Assembly: GCA_035529375.1 (NCBI GenBank) | Contig: DATKWU010000009.1 | Span: 93,848-157,847 of the forward strand | Direction of reading: 5' to 3' | Length of the DNA: 64,000 nucleotides | Origin: Patescibacteria group bacterium | Lineage (GTDB): Bacteria; Patescibacteriota; Microgenomatia; PFEM01; JAHIFH01 | Part shown: positions 58,720 through 64,000 of the stretch, piece by piece | Layout: every line of letters starts with the position of its first letter | Position numbering within the stretch: position 1 is the first letter of the stretch | Translations under genes and position numbers: made by a program | Notes under the pieces: generated by a model | The model's input: the letters and a program-made list of their open reading frames with translations, nothing else | What the model was told of the DNA's origin: nothing | The model's database searches: none

Positions 58720-59592
58720 TCACTTTCTTTTGGCAAACTTTTCCCAAATAATTAATAGTGGTGCGGCCGTAAAAGTGGAAGAATAAGTTCCAGAAATTGT
58801 ACCAATCAACAAAGCGGCAACAAACCACCTAATCGTCGTGCCACCTAATAAAAGCAAAGCAATTAACATAAAGATAATGGTCATCGAGTTATTAACTGAT
58901 CGATTCAGGGTTTCGGTCACTGCCTTATTAACTATTTCTCTAAAAGGCGTTCTTGGTAATAATTTTTGTGATTCTCGAATTCGGTCATAAACAACAATCG
59001 TGTCGTGAACCGAAAAAGAAAGAATCGTTAACAGGGCGGTTACAAACAAAGTGTCAATTTCAACTCCTAAGAAATGGCCTAATAAAGAAAAACTACCAAG
59101 GAGAATAAAAGTGTCGTGGAACATCGCTAAAATAGCACAAACCCCAAATTTGACATCCTTAAACCGCCAAGCCACATAAGCGAGAATAAAACCAGCCGCT
59201 AAAATTATGGCCCAAATCGTTTTCCTAACCAACTCTTTGCCTAAAGTTGGCCCAACCGTTTCAAAACGAATCTCTTCTGTTTTTTGGCTAAAGCTTTCAT
59301 TGATAGCTGATTGAATTTCTCCAGCTTGGTTTTTTTCAATTGGCTGAAGACGAATTAAAATTTGATTTTCACCTGATTTTTGAATCGCTGAAACCTCAAA
59401 GTTTTTCTCAATCAGTAATTGATCGATCTCTTTAGGATTCAATTCTTGTTGGGCTTTCAATTCCAATAAACTGCCACCAGTAAAATCAATCGCCGGTCTT
59501 AAACCAAACAAAATCAGAGAAACAACCCCTGGGACTAAAACCAAGGCCGATAAGGCAAAGTAAAGCCATTTATATTTCATCCAATCAATCAT
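58720..59592 (-). CDS. secF: Protein translocase subunit SecF
   Basis: IDFTGG, VGPTLG, SVHDTIVVYDRIRE, GTYSS. Confidence 0.96.
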   Translation of the reverse strand: MIDWMKYKWLYFALSALVLVPGVVSLILFGLRPAIDFTGGSLLELKAQQELNPKEIDQLLIEKNFEVSAIQKSGENQILIRLQPIEKNQAGEIQSAINESFSQKTEEIRFETVGPTLGKELVRKTIWAIILAAGFILAYVAWRFKDVKFGVCAILAMFHDTFILLGSFSLLGHFLGVEIDTLFVTALLTILSFSVHDTIVVYDRIRESQKLLPRTPFREIVNKAVTETLNRSVNNSMTIIFMLIALLLLGGTTIRWFVAALLIGTISGTYSSTFTAAPLLIIWEKFAKRK

Positions 59593-60935
59593 TGTGTCTC
59601 CTTCCCGGAAAAGGTTCTTAAAATTGTTCGAGTAACCACCACCCCAGTAAACAAACTTAATAAAACTCCCAAACCAAGAGTTAAAGCAAAACCACGCACC
59701 ATACCCGAGGTATTAAGAAAAGACCAACTAAAAGGATTAAAAAGAATAAAACAGGTAATCAAGGTAGCCACATTGGCATCCCGAATCGAATCCCAAGCCC
59801 GGCCAAAACCTAATTCCATGGCCAGTGATTTTGATTTACCGTCTCTAATCTCTTCTTTCATCCTCTCAAAAATCAAGATATTAGCATCAACCGCCATCCC
59901 CACAGAAAGAATGAAACCCGCAATTCCCGGTAAAGTCAAAGTCACGGGAATTAATTTATAAAGCATTAAGGTAATCAAACCATAAATAATCAAACCAATA
60001 TCAGCTAAAATGCCTAAGCGGCCATAATAGGCCGCCATAAACAAAATCACCATTAATAAGCCAATTAAGCCTGCCTGAACACTCTTTTTGACTGACTCAG
60101 CGCCCAAAGTTGCCCCTACATTCCTTTGCTCAACGATTTTAATGGGGATGGGTAAAGCCCCAGCATTAAGTTGGGTTGCCAGTAATTTAGCTTCTTCGGT
60201 GGTAAATTCACCACTAATCACCGCTTTACCGGTAGTAATTTTTTCCCTAACTAGCGGTATCGTTACCGGCATTTCATCAAGAAAGATGGCCACTGGCTTA
60301 CCCACATTCCTAGCTGTTATCTCCCCGAACTTTCTTGCCCCCTCATCACTAAATTCCAAACCAACCACTGGTTCGCCTGTATTAGGATCAAACTGAACTT
60401 GGCTTTCATTCAAATCCGCCCCGGTTAAATCTGTTTTTTGATAATCTTCAAGGGTGGCCGCGGCCGTGGCTTCAGGGCTTAATTCCCGAAAATCAAGTTG
60501 AGCTGTCTGGCCGATTAAATCAACGGCTTGGTCAACATCAGTCACCCCAGGCAGTTCAACAATTAAACGATAGTTATCTCCCAATTTTGAAGTCTGAACT
60601 AAAGCTTCAGCTAAACCAAACAAATTAATTCTTCTTTCAATATTCTCTCTAGCCGCCTCCAAAGCTGCCTCTCGATTATCTTCGCCGATGCCACTCATCT
60701 CCGCTTGAAAAACTAAATGGCTGCCGCCAGCCAAATCAATGCCTTGTTTAACTTCTAAATCACGAAAAAATCTGAATTTACCAATCTGAAAATTTAAAAT
60801 TGGTCTGGTAAGTTCTTGATCTATTTTAAAACCATTAAAACTAAACTTTAGGGGAATTCTCGTGGGTAAATCAACAAAAATCGCCACCACGGTCAGAAGA
60901 ATAATCAGCCAGAGCAGATAACGGCGATCTCTCAT
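59589..60935 (-). CDS. secD: Protein translocase subunit SecD
   Basis: GIDLAGG, AGALP, VGATLG, GMAVDANILIFER. Confidence 0.96.
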   Translation of the reverse strand: MRDRRYLLWLIILLTVVAIFVDLPTRIPLKFSFNGFKIDQELTRPILNFQIGKFRFFRDLEVKQGIDLAGGSHLVFQAEMSGIGEDNREAALEAARENIERRINLFGLAEALVQTSKLGDNYRLIVELPGVTDVDQAVDLIGQTAQLDFRELSPEATAAATLEDYQKTDLTGADLNESQVQFDPNTGEPVVGLEFSDEGARKFGEITARNVGKPVAIFLDEMPVTIPLVREKITTGKAVISGEFTTEEAKLLATQLNAGALPIPIKIVEQRNVGATLGAESVKKSVQAGLIGLLMVILFMAAYYGRLGILADIGLIIYGLITLMLYKLIPVTLTLPGIAGFILSVGMAVDANILIFERMKEEIRDGKSKSLAMELGFGRAWDSIRDANVATLITCFILFNPFSWSFLNTSGMVRGFALTLGLGVLLSLFTGVVVTRTILRTFSGKETQ

Positions 60936-61135
60936 TTCTTAACTTTTCTCCTCTTAGTCAAAGAAACTAAAGGTAGTTGGCGAGTGCCGCTAAAAGAATA
61001 AGTCACCTTGCCGGTTTCTGGTTCAACTTTAACCTGAACCGTCTGGCCAGCTTTAACCCCCACATTTCTAACAAAATCTGAAGGAATGGTTACCGCCAAA
61101 CTATTACCAGTTTTAATGATTTTTTGTTTTCCCAC
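60932..61135 (-). CDS. AbrB/MazE/SpoVT-family DNA-binding protein
   Basis: KIIKTGNSLAVTIPS. Confidence 0.85.
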   Translation of the reverse strand: MGKQKIIKTGNSLAVTIPSDFVRNVGVKAGQTVQVKVEPETGKVTYSFSGTRQLPLVSLTKRRKVKK

Positions 61136-61725
61136 TATCCTTCTCCGTATTTGGCTACTAAGTCTTCTTGGTCACCAATAATCATCACTCTTGAACCCAA
61201 AAGGATACTCTGTAAAAAGGGGTCGCGCCTTTTCTTGCGAAAATTAAATTCATCCTTAGTCATCACCGTGTAATTAATTTCTCTGTTCAATTTCGCTTCT
61301 TCAGCTCGAACCAATTTAACCAAAGCCTGCATATCAATTTCACCGACAATTAAAAGATCAACTCCGCCTTCTTCGATAGGTAAACGACGGGCAAAACGAC
61401 CAGAGAACATAACTAATTTAATTCTGCCTAACTTTGATTTATTCTTGATTATTTCTTTGCCTAAACCAGTGGTTTTATTAACCATCGTCAGCAATTCTTC
61501 ATAAAGAGGATATTCGCGGTTAAAAAAGTAATAAAGGCGGTTACCCCGAGATTCTTTCTTGGCCATACCGGCTTTTTCCATTCGGGCCAATTCTCGCCGA
61601 ACGGCGTTAATTTCCTCATTAATCTTTCTTACTAACTGGCGAACATAGAAAATCTCATCAGGTTGATAAAGAAAGGTCTGAAGAAGCTTGACCCGGACTT
61701 TGGAAACCATTAAATCTTTAAGCAT
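61135..61725 (-). CDS. Winged-HTH plus degenerate nucleotidyltransferase-like domain protein
   Basis: SKVRVKLL, YVRQL..INAVRREL, VDLLIVG, REINYTVMT. Confidence 0.75.
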   Translation of the reverse strand: MLKDLMVSKVRVKLLQTFLYQPDEIFYVRQLVRKINEEINAVRRELARMEKAGMAKKESRGNRLYYFFNREYPLYEELLTMVNKTTGLGKEIIKNKSKLGRIKLVMFSGRFARRLPIEEGGVDLLIVGEIDMQALVKLVRAEEAKLNREINYTVMTKDEFNFRKKRRDPFLQSILLGSRVMIIGDQEDLVAKYGEG

Positions 61726-61745
61726 GGTGCCTCCGGGCAGGTTTT

Positions 61746-62906
61746 TTAATAACTAACTTCGTTGCCAACTGGAAGAGTCTCAATCCAGATAGGACCACGA
61801 TTGAACTTAATCTCTTCTCCCTTAGCATCTTTGAAAATCGTTCTTGTCTTACGATTGGCTTTGTTCCAGGTCGCCTGGATTACCTGCCCATCTTGAAAAA
61901 CCAAGGCCTTACCTGTACCGGTGGTCGTATAGAGTAAATGCTTCAACTCATCAATCGGACCTTTTTCAATCATAAACTGAGCCACGACCACCTTAGCAAT
62001 TAACTGCTTATCATAGTCCAAGTCCTTATGTTCCTGACCACCATTAAAACGCAGATATTGATTATTCCCTTGATCATATTGCCAATCCACTCCATACTCT
62101 TGCTGGCCACTCCAAAAACTAAACTCAATCTTATCAACATCACCTTTATCCTGAGCGTCGTCTTTAAATTCCCAAGACTGCCAATCTTTGTCCCATTGAT
62201 TACCCTCATCATCTTTGGCATCAAGACCCCGATCATGAGCGATTGCGTAGAGTTTATCGGCGGTGGAATACATTGTGTGTTCGGTCGCCACCGGTCGTCC
62301 TAAGCGCTCATAATCACGCCAAAAAGTAGGAAAACCAAGAGAAAATTGATTCATGTCATTACCCTTAGCTAGCCAGCCATAATCAGCAATCTGGCCTAAA
62401 GCATTGGCTAGACCTGGTTTGTTAGCCCCACCAACATGAGTATAAAGAGGATAGTCGCCATACTCTGAAGTAAAATCCATAAAGTAAGTCCGGGCCGAGC
62501 GAACTGGACCAATGATAAAATCTTCAGCTACTGCCCCACAATAGTAAACGGCTAAGAAGCGGGTAATCCCTCCCTCGGCTACGGCTTCGTAAACAACATC
62601 AGCTTTAGAAAGACCGGATTGAGGCCGAGAATCAGCATGATTCTCAATCATAATGGTTAAAGGTCGTCGACCCTCCCAAATTCCCTTTTCTCCTTTAGTG
62701 AATAGTTGACCATTAAGAGGACAAGCTTCTGTCTTAGGCGCGGTTAAGTCAACCCTTGATCTGGCTTCATCGACAGCCAAAGGTGAAATCATACTAGGAG
62801 CAGGACTGACAATAAAATGAAAGGCAGCGTAAGAAACTCCTGTTGAAGCTAAATATAAAAGAAGACCACCAATGATCATCGTTAATTTCTTTTTATTTAA
62901 ACTCAT
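61746..62906 (-). CDS. DUF3048-domain protein
   Basis: MIENH..SRPQSGLSKADVVYEAVAEGGITRF, GPVRSAR. Confidence 0.88.
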   Translation of the reverse strand: MSLNKKKLTMIIGGLLLYLASTGVSYAAFHFIVSPAPSMISPLAVDEARSRVDLTAPKTEACPLNGQLFTKGEKGIWEGRRPLTIMIENHADSRPQSGLSKADVVYEAVAEGGITRFLAVYYCGAVAEDFIIGPVRSARTYFMDFTSEYGDYPLYTHVGGANKPGLANALGQIADYGWLAKGNDMNQFSLGFPTFWRDYERLGRPVATEHTMYSTADKLYAIAHDRGLDAKDDEGNQWDKDWQSWEFKDDAQDKGDVDKIEFSFWSGQQEYGVDWQYDQGNNQYLRFNGGQEHKDLDYDKQLIAKVVVAQFMIEKGPIDELKHLLYTTTGTGKALVFQDGQVIQATWNKANRKTRTIFKDAKGEEIKFNRGPIWIETLPVGNEVSY

Positions 62907-63376
62907 CTTATTCTTTTTGCTTTTTTAATTGCTTGTTTTTCCTCGGCCGATAAGTCATAACCAGCGGCTTTACTCTTTTTGACTGGCTTGGCATAAATCC
63001 TGGTAGTATCTCGACTGTGCAAACTTGAAATAACCAAGCCATTGCCTCTTCCATCTAATAATGATAAACAAAAACTTTGATCTCCGCCAGTCTCTGCAAA
63101 AGGATTATAGCGCACTAAACCAACTTTTTGAATATTATACAAATTATTCTTTTCTAATTCTTCTGCAATCCTAACTAGTTTATCAATTTCTTTGGTTTGT
63201 TTGTCAAAATCTTTAAATAATTTCTCTAAAACGCTCTTCAAATCTTTCTTAGTTATTCCTTTGGTCAACTTCCATAAAGGTGATAAAAATTTGTAAAAAA
63301 GAAAGCTCAAGGCAATCAGCCAAACAAAAATGATACCTATTAAAACAATAAGAAGTTGATCAAAATTGAGTAACAT
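62903..63376 (-). CDS. DUF4446-family protein
   Basis: IQKVGLVRYNPF..GGDQSF..LD..GNG..SSLHSR..RIYAKP. Confidence 0.88.
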   Translation of the reverse strand: MLLNFDQLLIVLIGIIFVWLIALSFLFYKFLSPLWKLTKGITKKDLKSVLEKLFKDFDKQTKEIDKLVRIAEELEKNNLYNIQKVGLVRYNPFAETGGDQSFCLSLLDGRGNGLVISSLHSRDTTRIYAKPVKKSKAAGYDLSAEEKQAIKKAKRIR

Positions 63377-63433
63377 TCTTACCTTATCAACTTGATTTTA
63401 AACAGGTTCAATGTTATTGTCAATCTAGGAAAA

Positions 63434-63724
63434 ATGGCAAAAAAACGGAAAACCAGACAGGAAAAGATTATTCTCCAGCTAAAAAGAGAGTTAGCTAAAA
63501 AGAGTCAAGTCCCAGCTTCAAAAAACACAGAATCCGAACCTAGTCAAGAGGCAATTTCCCAGCCCAAAAAAATCAAGGCTGAAAAAAAGCTTTCCCTGAA
63601 AAAGACCGATATTTCTATCCTTTCTTTTGAACCAAGCCTAATCAGGCACGACCTAGTTAAAACCCTGATTTTAAGTCTAGCTGTTATTAGCCTTGAATTT
63701 ATGTTATACTTAGCCTTAAGGTAG
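63434..63724 (+). CDS. Small basic protein with C-terminal TM
   Basis: MAKKRKTRQEKII...DLVKTLILS. Confidence 0.7.
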   Translation: MAKKRKTRQEKIILQLKRELAKKSQVPASKNTESEPSQEAISQPKKIKAEKKLSLKKTDISILSFEPSLIRHDLVKTLILSLAVISLEFMLYLALR

Positions 63725-63792
63725 GCTTGAAAATTTCTCCTGCCCGAAAATAAAAAATATTTAACTTAATTGAGAGGAGGTGAAAAGAATCT

Positions 63793-63933
63793 ATGGCAGA
63801 CTTTTATTGTGTAAAGTGTCGCGCTAAAAGAAACGGCAAGGACGTTCAGAAAGTTACTATGAAGAACGGCAAACCAGCCAGAAAGGCAGTTTGTGAGGTA
63901 TGCGGCACAACTATGTTCAGAATCGGAGGCTAA
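63793..63933 (+). CDS. 46-aa zinc-ribbon protein (DUF5679-like)
   Basis: Not in the ORF track. MADFYCVKCRAK...MKNGKPA...CEVCGTTMFRIGG, with a GGAGGTG SD and a downstream terminator. Confidence 0.85.
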   Translation: MADFYCVKCRAKRNGKDVQKVTMKNGKPARKAVCEVCGTTMFRIGG

Positions 63934-63961
63934 GCCTTCTCTCTGAAAAGTTGTAACTTTT

Positions 63962-63995
63962 AAAACCCAGCTCTTCTTGGGGTTGGGTTTTTTTA
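63962..63995 (+). terminator. Rho-independent terminator
   Basis: AAAACCCAGCTC-TTCTTG-GGGTTGGGTTTTTTT. Confidence 0.8.
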
Positions 63996-64000
63996 GTTAA

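Noticed and set aside
60932-61725. AbrB-like gene plus NTase-like gene as a toxin-antitoxin pair
   Set aside because: No recognisable toxin; both genes are embedded in the secDF operon and look like core regulators.
1296-62303. Numerous short ORFs antisense to, or nested in, well-identified genes
   Set aside because: Shadow ORFs with no motifs, fully overlapping confident CDSs.

Overview
Low-GC bacterial chromosome segment. Gene content and order suggest a Patescibacteria/CPR organism, probably Microgenomates (inference). Both flanks are compact core genome, mostly on the minus strand. Left flank (1-18.5 kb): ftsEX plus an M23 hydrolase, prfB, secA, serS, lysS, greA, tRNA-Glu, lon and an L,D-transpeptidase. 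Right flank (47.7-64 kb): pyrFE, a GH1 glycosidase, gltX, a D,D-carboxypeptidase, aspS, recJ, cca and secDF. Between them, starting at the 3' end of tRNA-Gln(CTG) (18563-18636) and ending near 47630, is a ~29 kb accessory array. It is made of about 20 modules of mostly 1-4 unrelated genes, separated by about 22 short non-coding sites that all point the same way as the tRNA. Family A (16 cores) has consensus GTTATAAGGATAGAAAGGTT-CTAGACC-GACCTGCTCAGC(CA); five copies are preceded by a TGTCTCATT tandem pair. Families B (4 copies) and C (2 copies) are related. The A site has a near-invariant 7-bp spacer between short inverted arms and aligns without gaps to the tRNA-Gln T-loop-to-CCA end. This looks like a tRNA-anchored, integron-like gene-cassette array with a site type that is neither attC nor dif. 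No recombinase is recognisable in the window, so mobility is inferred, not shown. All gene calls rest on motif recognition by eye; no database searches were run.
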